A DNA stretch of 58,839 bases, the filler included, from Dugesia japonica (taxonomy: Eukaryota), in assembly GCA_001938525.1 (NCBI GenBank). It is 5 parts of 5 records of this genome, joined end to end, with 100 filler letters (N's around TTAATTAATTAA, not from the genome) between each part and the next. Parts side by side here need not be neighbours in the genome. Positions count along the whole stretch, not along the records: positions 1 to 11,684 come from MQRL01634164.1; positions 11,785 to 21,192 come from MQRL01311473.1; 3 more parts are not named here. The stretch is one strand, 5' to 3'. The translations under genes and the position numbers were made by a program. The first letter of the stretch is position 1. Each line of letters opens with the position of its first letter. The notes beneath the pieces are model-generated. The model did no database searches, was not told the origin of the DNA, and saw nothing but the letters and a program-made list of their open reading frames with translations. Shown one piece after another: positions 1 through 12,325 of the stretch.

Positions 1-729
1 CTAAATTATCAGCGAACTATAAATTCATATCCAAAGTTTTATTAATAATACGAAATTAAATTCTATTTTTATCGAGATTCGCCTACAAAACTAAATATTC
101 GCCAAACTTAGTTGAATATTATAGATATAATAAAATGTAGAAATTATCAGATTAATAACAACTGTATAATCAAATTTAATATAAGAATAAATGATACATG
201 TGCAAGGCAACAATGTTACAATATGAGAACTTCAATAAATTACTTAATGAAAAACAATATGTCTATTTCTAGTTTCCAAAAAATTTTCAATATCAAACCA
301 ACTATTTTATTCGTTTTAAGGATTTTTTCAACCAGTTAAAATTAAAAAGTTATAAATTAATGAAGTATTTTGATTTTTTCTTTAGTTTTATTTATTGGTC
401 TGGATATAGCTTGGACTTTCTGAATTACTATTTGCATAAATTCTCACAATCATTTTAATTATTTTTAGGAGTTGAACTTATTCATTTATAATCAATATAT
501 ATTCAAAAACAAAACTATTTCTTCTGTTAAATAATTGCTGAATTTCTTTAACCTAATCTAATAAATTTTAAAAATTTATTAACAAAACAAATATNNNNNN
601 NNNNNNNNNNNNNNNNNNNNNNNNNNNNNNNNNNNNNNNNNNNNAACAATCAATAGTTAATCATAATTAAATATTACGACACGATAAAATTCACAAGTAA
701 TAAATGTTATTGAAAAATATCAATTATGT

Positions 730-2560
730 AACAATAATTTAAGTAAAGTCCCCTTCTCCAGCTGTTTTGAAAAGTATCTTACCGCCCAGAATTGATGTTC
801 GATATGCCCGTTGGTTTTATGATGGTATGGACTCATCATTTTTCCACTAACTCTCGCATCTCTCGTGCTTTAAATATTCTACCACTCTCTGATCGAATCT
901 TTCTAGAGCATCCAAACTTTAAAACCGATTGTTTCAATATGTTTCTTTAATCTGTTATCTTGTTCAGTCCAATCAATAGTAGTATTCTCACATATTTTGT
1001 GCACAGACATATCATACCAAATATGTATTTTTTTGTTTCTTTCAACGGCACACAAATATTAACGAACATCACTTCATAAGGCTTGAAATTTCCTGCAAAT
1101 TTTGTGGGTTCTTTAACTTCCTCCGTATTAAGTTTTTTTTGGTGTTTCATTCTTGGTCATTGTCCACAACATTTTCGAAATCCATTAAAAGTTTTGAACA
1201 TTCATTAAAGTTACTACAAGCAAATGAATATAGTAAACAATTTGTAAATTCGTTGACTTTGCGGACAATTGATAAAATATTGGTTGGTAATAATATTGAT
1301 TTCTATAAAAAAAAGATTGAAACTGTGTTGAACAATCCTGAACCTGATTATAACACTTTGTCAAACTGTATTGGGTCATTTGTTTTATAGATTCNNNNNN
1401 NNNNNNNNNNNNNNNNNNNNNNNNNNNNNNNNNNNNNNNNNNNNNNNNNNNNNNNNNNNNNNNNNNNNNNNNNNNGTATTTTTATTTAAGTTTTATCTTA
1501 GTATATTAAATGCAAGTCCTTTTTTAAATTTCTCGTCTTTTCTATCAACATATCTCATACTTATCTAGCAAACACATAGTCCTTTGTCTTTTCTGCTCCT
1601 GCAAGGCACAAAAACTTCAATTGTTTTTATCGCTCTTTTTGGTTTTGACCGAGATTTTTCTATCTTTACCTCAGTCTCTCACACTCTTTTAATATCAGTC
1701 CTAACAACTAATATATTGTCTTGTTTTTTCAAGAATCTCGTCTTGAATTTCTCTGACGTCTCATCTACATGTTCCATGTGGCATTGAGAACATTTATTAC
1801 ATTCTAATCTGTTCATTGTATTAACATTAGTATGTAGTATATCCATCTTGTATTCCAAAACTTATCATCTAGTCTGCTTAGAAAGTTGATCCAAGTTTGA
1901 AATCGGTTTCTTTTTTATTAAGTATCAAAGTAATTGTATTATAGTCCGTTCTCAGCGTAAAACATCTCCCATAAAGATAATGCTTAAAATACAAACTAAA
2001 ATAATAAACTGCCAGTATCTCGTTCCTTGAAATAATTCTTGAACATTGATTGAACATTGGGTGGGATGAGTATGCCGTGACTCTTTTTTTCCCAATTCAT
2101 CGTTTTGCAATGAGACCACTCTAACTGTTTAAAAACTCGTATCCGCGTCCAAGATAAATTTCTTCAGAAAGCAGAAATATCCAACACTGGGGTCGTGGCC
2201 AACTCTGTTTTCAATTCATCAGGAAAGATTCAATAATTCTGCTGACCAAGCTAATTTCGGGTTTCCTTGTCAACCACTATTACAACTTTCTAGTCTTCAT
2301 TACAATACTTTTATTTAATATTCTGTTGAAACTACGTAGTTTTTCCATGCACTCTGGCTTTCAAAAATATTTGGTAACCTGCATTTTTACCGGATCTTTT
2401 GTTTATTATGTCGCCAAGAACTTTTCAAGAAGAACATTTTTCTTGGATTAATTCTCAATTCTGCTTCCATAATTATGTCTAAAAACTCTTTTTAATCACT
2501 CCATAGTGTTTCTCTTTCGTTTTCGAAAAAATCAAAATACCCTCCATATTTACCATTGAT
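730..2560 (-). mobile_element. Degenerate Ty3/Gypsy pol relic (RT end, RNase H, integrase start)
   Basis: Minus-strand translation gives KFILDADTS (RNase H FILDTDAS motif) near 2140-2165 and KPYEVMFVNICVPL..KYIFGMICLCTKY (integrase PFE..D..GPL..YIL..ID..TK) at 947-1150. Many stops and frameshifts; boundaries approximate. Confidence 0.6.
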
Positions 2561-4136
2561 CCTCTCAAATATTTCGTCACTTCATTCTTCACTTTCTTCA
2601 CTTATTTTTGTTACGAATATCGTAATGTTCTTACGGACTTTTAAGGAAAAGCTTTTAAAATTTTTATTGACGGTTGATAACCCTATTATGAAATTAAGAA
2701 ACATACAAACTCAATTTAATTATTCTGAGTGTATAAATAGTAAAAATAATTTTTCCCCGTGTTGTCATTTTTCTCAGCAATTTTAGTAATAATGATTTTT
2801 TTTAAAAAAAAACTATTAATTATTTGTATATTAATTAATGAATATATAACAATAAATAAATAAACTATTTTATTTAATTTCAATTTCAGTTCTCACAGAC
2901 AAATCAATATTTGGAATTCTTTCACACTTATAAACCTGTTAATTATTCCATAATTTTAACGACTATTTTCTACTAATAATTAATCATCAAATTTCAATAA
3001 AACATGCCAATTATGAATTGTAAAAGTCANNNNNNNNNNNNNNNNNNNNNAAAAATATTCTATTTCAACTCAATCGAATAAATTAATTGATTTATTCTTT
3101 AGGTTTATGAAAAAAATTGATTTTATATCAATTTTATAACTTTCTTGTTATTTTCAAGTCTTACTGTACTTCGTTTTATTGACAACTTCTAAATGAAAAT
3201 AACTGAGAAAATTATCACTCTTGTTCTAAGATAGTAATTAGATTACTTGTTTGTTTTAATATTTGCTAATAAAATTGGAATTAGTCTATATTATGTGTGT
3301 GATACGTGGGTTGTGAGAATTCTATTAAAGTTACATTTAATTACACATTTTCTTTATCAATTTTTTATTTGGGAATTTTTTCTATATTCGNNNNNNNNNN
3401 NNNNNNNNNNNNNNNNNNNNNNNNNNNNNNNNNAAAAATATTAAATTCTACTTAGGGCCATATTTATTTTTAACTGCAATGATATTGGCAATCTAATTCT
3501 AATTTGTCGGTCCTGGAGACAAATTATTCAAGAGAATTAAGCGGAAACATTGAGATTATTTTTTTTTTGGATTAAATATGATAGAATTTTTCAATTTAAT
3601 AAAATATATTATTAATAAACGAAAGTAAAAGTTTGGGAATCTGATAATAAAAATAGAAAATCTTGAAAACTTAATAAAAAGATTTTAATCGGAATAATTT
3701 CCTTGTCAGCTATTATCCAATGAAACTTGAATAAAGAGTAATCAAAACACAACAATCATTTATATGTGAGTAATGAATTCTTTATCTATAACGGACAAAG
3801 AATCATATTGTATTTGAAGAAAGAAGATGTGATAATATATTAATTCTTTAGGAAATAGATTAAACTGATGGGAAAAGAATTAACTAAAATAATAATACAA
3901 GGAAAACTAATTGTAAATTAATTATTTTATTATTATTTGTTAGTTATGTGAAAATTACCGATTTTCTGATATTTATGGAGGTAAATGTATGGATTTTTTA
4001 AATTCAGATTATTTATTAATTCTTATCGATTATTTTGTTTATAATTTAATTTTGTTAATCTGAATTTTAGACAATAATCTTGTTTAGGAATATACTTTTT
4101 AATTTATTCAAGTTATTAGAGAAATATGAAATAATT

Positions 4137-5120
4137 TTAAAATTTATTTATTTGAATGTTTATTGGATAATTAATTTTTGAGGTTAACAAATATGACTTC
4201 ACCGATTTTTGTTTCAAGGTTTTCCAATCATCCAGCCATTTTTTGATATCTTCATAATTCGTGGAGTTCTGTGCCGACAGACCGTGTGACATCGAGAATA
4301 AGAAGTGATAATGTCTAGTGAGTATGGTTGGTGGGTAAAGATTGCACATTTCAGCTGTTTTAACTAGTATTTGACAGGTTTTGCTACATGAATCTGAGCA
4401 TTGTTATGCATAAAGATTACTTTCATATGTCTGGCAGCCAATTCCCGTTGCTTTACTGTGAGTTCGTGATTAAATTTCATTATTCGATGTTCCTAACAAT
4501 TACCAGTAACTGTTTCTACTGGTTTCAGTAGCTCATAGTACAAAATAAATTTTTGATCCCATCACACACAATACAACTTTTTTTCCATGAAAAATGCGTT
4601 TTAAGATTGAATTTGTTGATTGACCTTGATCAACCCACTACCTTTTACTCTTAGGATTGTCATAATAATAATTTTTTATAATTCTAGTGATCAGACTTGC
4701 TTTTATTTCTTTCTATTAAAATTTCGCTAGTGGTATTTCTCTACTGTTTGTTTCTTTCGACCAATTCATATGGCGCCCACTTTCCTTCCTTCTGAAATTT
4801 TACATATCACGTAAATAGTTTGAAATAGATGGGTGAGTAACAATTGCTCTTGATTATGAGCGTGGTCTTCGTTGAATAACAATTATAGTTCATCGTCTTC
4901 AAATTTATTTAATGATTTTCTATTCTCCTTGTATTTCACATAAAAACCTCCGGTTTAAATTAGTTGAAAACAATCTCGACAAGTTCTTTCAGCCAAAGCA
5001 TTGTTGCTATAAGCCTCTACAAGCAATTTATTGGAAGAGATAAAGATTTTCTTTAAAGTCAACATAAAAAGTAATTCTTGGTGCAAATAAAGTTTTCAAG
5101 CGCAAATGTCTTCATTTAAA
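4137..5120 (-). mobile_element. Degenerate mariner transposase (Mos1/mauritiana-like)
   Basis: Minus-strand motifs LLVEAYSNNALAERTCRDCF, GKWAPYEL (WVPHEL motif), WDQKFILYYELLKP, MHNNAQIHVAK and HQPYS. TIRs not identified. Confidence 0.75.
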
Positions 5121-5799
5121 AGGCAACATNGAAAAATTTTGTATAAACATTTTTGAAAATTTTAAAATATAAAACAACAACACAACTTGTGTATCTAATA
5201 ATTGTTATAAATTACATTGATTTTAGGTTTATCTTCATAAATTAGTATTTCTTCATGTATCTTTCTACGAAGTACGAAAATGTTACCTGTTCCCAGTGTT
5301 TTTCATATTATTTGTTCTGATAAAATTGTATGTTTGTGTTGAAAGTGTTTGAAGACTTCACTTTCGTTTGAGATGTTCATTAATGCTTGTATCTTATATA
5401 TGAAATAGTGGAAATAGTAATATTTTTGAGAATCGATAAAAATCTATAAATACAATAGGGTTTACTGATTATAAGATCTTGTGCAGTGGATTTAATGATT
5501 ATTTGGGGAGAGTGATATGTGAAACTTTGTTGATAAGTACAATTAATTATGCTACTAAAATTAATGTTCAGTTGACGGATTCAACATCGCTCTTAAAATT
5601 ATTTTATTTATTTTTTTTGAGATTGCATAATTTGAATTACATAATTATTCAAACTGTATAAATAGAATATTTTACTGACTTTTTTTAAAGGTGTTTNNNN
5701 NNNNNNNNNNNNNNNNNNNNNNNNNNNNNNNNNNNNNNNNNNNNNNNNNNNNNNNNNNNNNATGTATGTATGTATATCCTATAATATAATATTATATTT

Positions 5800-6850
5800 C
5801 CATATATTATTAGCACTGCCTAATAATGTATTAAACGAAATTCCTGATCAAATTTGTTACCTCGCAAAAGACAAAGAGCCATTTGAAAAGCTTTATAATA
5901 TTTTAATCAATAAGAATAAAAGACAAATGCTGGAAGATTGCTTTAATAATACCCAACTAGGGAACAGTAAACCAAGTGATTTTCTGCACCAGCTAAAACA
6001 AAATTCAGAATATGTCCAACTAAATACAACAAACTCTAGCTCAACCAAGTTATTAAAAGAGTTTTGTATGCAAGCCGAAATACGGAGAAGTTTCGCTGCA
6101 AATAAAACTTACAGACTAGAATCACTTGTAGAAACGACAGATAAAATAAATGAAGAAATTCTTCNNNNNNNNNNNNNNNNNNNNNNNNNNNNNNNNNNNN
6201 NNNNNNNNNNNNNNNNNNNNNNNNNNNNNNNNNNNNNNNNNNNNNNNNNNNNNNNNNNNNNNNNNNNNNNNNNNNNNNNNNNNNNNNNNNNNNNNNNNNN
6301 NNNNNNNNNNGAAGAAATTATTGAAATAAAAAATCCTCAAACACGAGCACGAAATTATGGCCCTCATAGAAACTACGACAGTAGGACACATTATATGGTC
6401 TTACCACATAACTGATTCTATTCAAGTAATCGGACTATAATAGGAGCAGATTTCCTGACATCTTACAAATTGCAGGTAGATTTTCATAAAGGGAAATTAA
6501 TAAAAACTTCAAACAATAGTACCCCAATAAATACAACACAGTTCAACAGAACTAAAAAACCCAAATAGACATTGGAGTAGTGAACATAATCCCAACAGAA
6601 TATAAAAAACCCAATTTAACAATCCCAATCGAAATAAACAGTTTATGCAAAAAATACAAAAGTATTACAGAAGAAATAGAAATCGCCGGAAACTTTTACT
6701 GCATAACAGATCACGCTATAATGGTAATTCAGTGCATGCAAAAGTTATGCAACTCGACCCTAACAAAACAGAAATTATGAAAATGATATTTAAAAACTTA
6801 GAAAAGAGTAATATAGTAAACCGCTCAAAATCAAACAAAGGTGTTTATAA
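5800..6850 (+). mobile_element. Gypsy gag/protease/RT-start relic
   Basis: IIGADFLTSYKLQVDFHKG (protease C-terminal motif) at about 6435-6495 and VHAKVMQLDPNKTEIMKMIFKNLEKSNIVNRSKS (pre-RT motif) at about 6730-6835. Gag-like ORF 5762-6415 upstream. Confidence 0.6.
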
Positions 6851-7007
6851 AAAACGCACAGATAATACAAACAAATCGTAACGTAAACCAATTAAAACAA
6901 AACAAAATAAAATAAATAAATTTTTCATGTACCTTTTTTAGGATTTTCTTTGTAAATTACACAATGCACACAATATAAAAGTTTACAAAAACTTAAATCT
7001 CGACATA

Positions 7008-8271
7008 CTACCATGATCAAAAAATNNNNNNNNNNNNNNNNNNNNNNNNNNNNNNNNNNNNNNNNAGATGTAATTCTTATTTTTAATAGTTGCTACATAT
7101 TTGTTTTACTACATCATCAAATTTCAGCTGAACAGATCGTAATTTATGTAAATTAATTTTAATTTTATTTTCTGTGTAAGATGGATGATATAATTGAACA
7201 ATGAATTTGTATTAAATTCTGCGTCAATAACAAAATTAAACGTCCCGATACCTTGAAATTGCTACAGAAGTGCTATGGCAACAATATTTTATCAAAATCA
7301 ACAACTGATGCATGGTATGTGCGATTTTTAGATGGTCACAGATGATCCTAGATCTGGAAGACGATCAACCTCGAAGAACGACGAAAATATCAAAGAAATA
7401 AAGTCATTGTTAATGATAAAGAGGAAATTGACTATCAGAGAGATTGTTGAAGATACAGGAATATCATTNNNNNNNNNNNNNNNNNNNNNNNNNNNNNNNN
7501 NNNNNNNNNNNNNNNNNNNNNNNNNNNNNNNNNNNNNNNNNNNNNNNNNNNNNNNNNNNNNNNNNNNNNNNNNNNNNNNNNNNNNNNNNNNNNNNNNNNN
7601 NNNNNNNNNNNNNNNNNNNNNNNNNNNNNNNNNNNNNNNNNGTGTTTGAGTATGAAACTCAAACAAAACATCAATCAAGTCAATGGCAGTCTCTGGAAGA
7701 GCCAAAATTGAAAAACCCACGTCAAAAAGGAAAGTCCAGCTGACCGTTTTTATCGATTACAATGGAGTTGTACACCATGAATTTATTCCTGAAGGTCAAA
7801 CAGTCAACAAGGAGTATTATCTAGATGTTATGAGACGATTGCATGAAGCTGTTCGTTTGAAAAGAAAAGATTTGTAGAGAAACAATTCCTAGATTTTACA
7901 CCATGACAATTCATCAGCTCACAATGCAATAGTNNNNNNNNNNNTTTTGCAAAAATTCAATACAAATACCATCCAACAAGCTTCGAATTCAGCAGATATG
8001 GCTGTTTGTGACTTCTTTATATTTAATAGGCTGGAAAAACTACTTTGAGGAAGACGTTTTGATACCAATAAAGCGATCAAAAAAAACGAAGGATGAATTG
8101 TTGGGTATATCAAAGAAGGAGTTCCAGAAGTCATTTGGAAATTGCATTACACGCTGGCATAGGTACATTGAGGTTAATGGAGACTACTTCCAAGGTGACA
8201 ATTAAAATTGTGTTAAATAAATAGTTTGTTTCGTTTTATTGAGTTGACCGGGTATTTTTTTGATTTGGTAG
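7008..8271 (+). mobile_element. Full-length defective mariner element (about 1.26 kb)
   Basis: TA-flanked ends CTACCA..ATCAAAAAA / TTTTTTGATTTGGTAG. Transposase motifs DDPRSGR, ETQTKHQSSQW, VFIDYNGVVHHEFIPEGQTVNKEYY, LHHDNSSAH and SADMAVCDFF. Stops and frameshifts present. Confidence 0.9.
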
Positions 8272-8337
8272 TATTCTCTGATTATGTAAACGAATCCAAT
8301 ATAAAGACTGTAAATATACAAGTTATTATTTTATGTA

Positions 8338-8544
8338 CAGTATGCATGGCGTATAAACCTCCGGTCTTAAATGGGTAAGTTTTATGTAATGCTATTTTTT
8401 TTTTACAAAATGTTTTTTTACAAAATGCATGCATATACACACATACATGCATGTATTTTGTAAAAAAACATTTTGTAAAAAAAACAATAGCATTACATAA
8501 AACTTACCCATTGAAGACCGGAGGTTTATACGCCATGCATGCTG
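8338..8544. mobile_element. Fold-back MITE (Tc1/mariner type)
   Basis: 207 bp, almost entirely palindromic (CAGTATGCATGGCGTATAAACCTCCGGTCTT... / ...AAGACCGGAGGTTTATACGCCATGCATGCTG), with TA at 8336-8337 and 8545-8546. Confidence 0.85.
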
Positions 8545-9876
8545 TACTGTATTATAGTATAATATAAAAATTATAAATGATAAAGGCCTCAATAAATATT
8601 ATTGACAGAAATGGGAAATTAAAAATTTTAAAAACAATTCCAAAAAATCTTGACAATGGCCGAAGAATTAAAAATCAAATTCGAAATTGGAAACTTGATC
8701 AATTTTAACTTATCAACAGTCAGAAACTAAAAAGAAAACTGGACAACTAATAAAAACATTTGAATTAAGAGTCAGCAGACGTTCTTGGAAGAACCTACAA
8801 ATACTCAACAATAAACATATGATTTTTCTCGAAGATTTAAATTCATAGAAAATATCAAATAAAAAAAAAAGCAATAGAAGAATAGAAAACAAAAATCTTT
8901 AAAAAATTGCAATCGTAATTGAACGAGTCAAACTCCAAATGAAATAAAAACAGTAATTATTATATCTTTTTGCATTTTAATAAAATTTTCTTTTGTTATG
9001 AAGTTATTTATTAATTTTTATTATTTTATTTGAAGAGTGTAAATTAGTTTTTTTATATAATTATACCACATAGATTTACACGCCATTCATCCCGGCTGTC
9101 CCAACATTGAGACAGGAGACGCTGCCGGGCTCAACAGAATTCCTCTGAATATAAAAATAAAATAATAACACTACAATTTCATTAAGTTATATTCCCATAA
9201 TTAACGGATAATAACGAATAATTATATTTAATTATATGACGTTCTTTTATTTTTACGAAAATTTTGTCAATGTTCTTTGAATTATTACTATTATTTCCCA
9301 ATACTGATTTTTAAAAATCTAAACGAGGTACCATTTGAAAGTTTTTAAAGAAAATTCTTTTGAAATAATGTTTGTTCTTTTATAACATGATATTGAAAAT
9401 TCAGCTAAATTTAATTTCGGTTGTTTCATTAAAAACTAATTGAAAAATTTATCATTTATATCTTTTTATTATTTATTTATTGTTCTGCTTTTATTTACTT
9501 CATTACAGCTAGCCAACACGTGTTTGTCATTAGTTGAAGTATGTCTTTCAAATGCGAATACTTTTAAAATATTCCAATCATAATAGAAATGAGCAACTAG
9601 TCAACTGAATAACATATATTTATGATTCTCACTTATCACTAAACTGCAATCGCTGTTGGAAGTTGTGAAAATATTCAAGAAAAAATTCCGAAGTCATACA
9701 CAATTAATGGCACTAGGATTATAATATGTTATGACAAATTCAAATCTACAAAAAAACGTTTGAGAATGTTACCTTTCTTTGATCTAAGAAAATCGTTATT
9801 GTGTAATGAAATCAAAATTACGTAACTTTAATTATGATACTATATTAATATACTCTCATATTATATATTAAAACTA

Positions 9877-11103
9877 TTAGGTTGGTGGGAATGTTTCGGA
9901 CGATTTATTTCATTAATAAAGCCCCTTAGTTATTGTATCATTAATAAATTAATTTTAATAATAATCCATTAATTTAGGTGTTGTCTTTGTTTTAAAATAA
10001 TTAAAACTAACAGATAGCTTTTAAGAGCATGTGTTCACGTGACCTTCACATCAGGCATGTGATGATCTATGAGTTTCGTCGCGCATCAAGTGCTTCGCAG
10101 ACCGTCCTAAATATCTGTGCAGTATATCTAAATGCTGTATCTGAAATAACAGTTCGCGAATGGTTTGTTCACTTCAGAGATAATAATTTTGATCTTCAGG
10201 ATCTACCAAAGTCCGGTCATCCTGAAGAACTGAACAACGATACTTTTAGACAATTATCGACTCTGATTTGAAGATGACATCTCGTGAGTTGGGATAAATT
10301 CATGGCAAACATCACACAACTGTTTTTACCCATTTTAAGTCTATTGGAAAGTTTCTTTCTTACTGTTTGGGTTCCATTTAAACTGTCTCAACCGAATCCT
10401 TTACATAGAATTACCATCTTGTCTTTATTATTAGCCAGACAGAAATTGTATCCATTTTTGGATTGTGTGGTGACTTGAGATGAAAAACTGATTATCTATG
10501 TCACTTTGGACAGCATATGTTAATGGATAAGCAAAGACGAAGTTCCCTTAACTACTGCTAAATCAGGTTTACACCCGAAGAAACTAATGTTGGGTGTCTG
10601 GTGAGACATACATAGAGTCATGTACTATGAATTGTTAAATATGGGCCAAACAGTTACTGCCAAAAGATATTACCAGCAATTAGATCTCTTGATATAGGCA
10701 TTGACTAAGAAACGGTCGGCGCTGTAAATTGATAATGCCAGACTGCATGTGGCCAGAACTACACACAAGAAGATTACGAAGTTCGTCTGGGAACTCCATT
10801 CATACCAATCATAAAGTCCTGATATTGTTTCATTAGACTTCCATTTATTTAGATCAATGTAGTACGTCCTGAAAGGGTGGGAATTCAAAGATAAGAGTGC
10901 TATCGAAAAGGCATTGGAAGATTTCTTCAAATAAAAAAATGCGATGTTCTTCAGAGATCGCATTTATTGCTTACCACAAAGATGGGAGAAGACAATTAAT
11001 AATGATAGAAATTATTTTATTAAANAAACTTTAAAATAAAATTTTCATTTTAATCTTTAAATTATGAAAAAAATAATCGATGTAAACATTCCCACCAACC
11101 TAA
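9877..11103 (+). mobile_element. Full-length defective mariner element (cecropia/Hsmar1-like TIR)
   Basis: TIR TTAGGTTGGTGGGAATGTTT / AAACATTCCCACCAACCTAA with TA duplications. Transposase from 10029 has IRHVMIYEF, WVPFKL, VT*DEK, HPKKLML, DNARLHVA and SPDIVSLDFHLFRSM; multiple stops. Confidence 0.92.
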
Positions 11104-11684
11104 TATTATAACTACAAATTTTTTCCATTTTTGTCAAAATTAGATTCTGCATATAAAAAAATGTTTCCTATTAGAAATTTATGGTGATTTTATTCTCATC
11201 ATATTTACTGAATATTACGATAAAATTTCAAGTAATCAATAAAGATATAAAATTCCAAAATATAATTCTTTCAACTGTTGATCGATTCCAACATTTATAG
11301 ATAAATTAACAACTATTTACTAGATTTTATTAATAAATTAGTATGAAACAATTTATAAATACAGATTCAATTTGTAAACTGTTAAGAAATCATAAAGAAG
11401 TAATGACAAGATTGAATGGTAAACTATTATTCATCTTATTTATTTAACTGCTGTTGCATAATGTATTAGCATTACTTAATTCATTAAACAGCAACAATTT
11501 ATTCATTAAAATTTATTGTTGCAGATGATGATGAACTTATTAGCAATTTAATGATTGAAATACAATTATTATTTAATCCATTCAGCCTTAAGATGTTGAG
11601 TTAATCATAATTTATCAATAATATTTCATCGATTTTATTAATCATCAAGTTAATATAATGAAAACTCAAATTAGTAATTATAGG

Positions 11685-11784
11685 NNNNNNNNNNNNNNNN
11701 NNNNNNNNNNNNNNNNNNNNNNNNNNNNTTAATTAATTAANNNNNNNNNNNNNNNNNNNNNNNNNNNNNNNNNNNNNNNNNNNN
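11685..11784. other. Artificial contig spacer
   Basis: 44 N + TTAATTAATTAA (11729-11740; stops in all six frames) + 44 N. Confidence 0.95.

Positions 11785-11849
<65 letters not shown>
11785..11849. repeat. (ATT)n microsatellite
   Basis: Perfect ATT run at the contig edge. Confidence 0.95.
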
Positions 11850-11851
<2 letters not shown>

Positions 11852-12194
11852 TTTTTCTCAAGCTTTTTATTTGGGAATATTATTTTCTGAAATTTTTAAT
11901 AAAAATCCGTGTGAACAGCGCAAATTTTCTTAAATCTGTTCGAACAAATATTTCCTCGGTCAGGTCGATTCTGGTTAATATTGGTCGGTTTTTAGGCGAA
12001 TTTGGTTGATATTTTGGTCGTCCAGATTGGTTTTAGACCGGTTTGGTTGATAATTTACTTGGTAAGTCAAATCAAGTCTGGATAGGTTTTAGATAATAAT
12101 TTCCTCGGGCTGGTTTAAATTGGTTCATTTCAGTTGATTTTTAGTTGAAAATACTTGACAATTTAATCTACCGGTTTGGTTTTAGGCAAATTCG

Positions 12195-12325
12195 GTTGAT
12201 AATTTACTTGGTGAAGTTAGGTTTGAGGTGAATTTGCTTTATAATTTACTTGGTAAAGTTAGGTTTGAGGTGAATTTCTTTATAATTTACTTGGTGAAGT
12301 TAGGTTTGAGGTAAATTTGGTTGAT
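12195..12325. repeat. About 41-bp minisatellite
   Basis: Three near-identical copies of ATAATTTACTTGGTGAAGTTAGGTTTGAGGTGAATTT, with diverged copies across about 11950-12530. Confidence 0.85.

Noticed and set aside
9090-9132. Hammerhead or other ribozyme at the CCCGGC...GCCGGG hairpin
   Set aside because: No intact CUGANGA/GAAA core on either strand.
11729-11740. Repeated TTAATTAATTAA palindrome as a biological site
   Set aside because: It is always centred in exactly 44+44 Ns, so it is an assembly linker.
12195-12325. CRISPR-like array
   Set aside because: Head-to-tail units without unique spacers, no cas genes, eukaryotic context.
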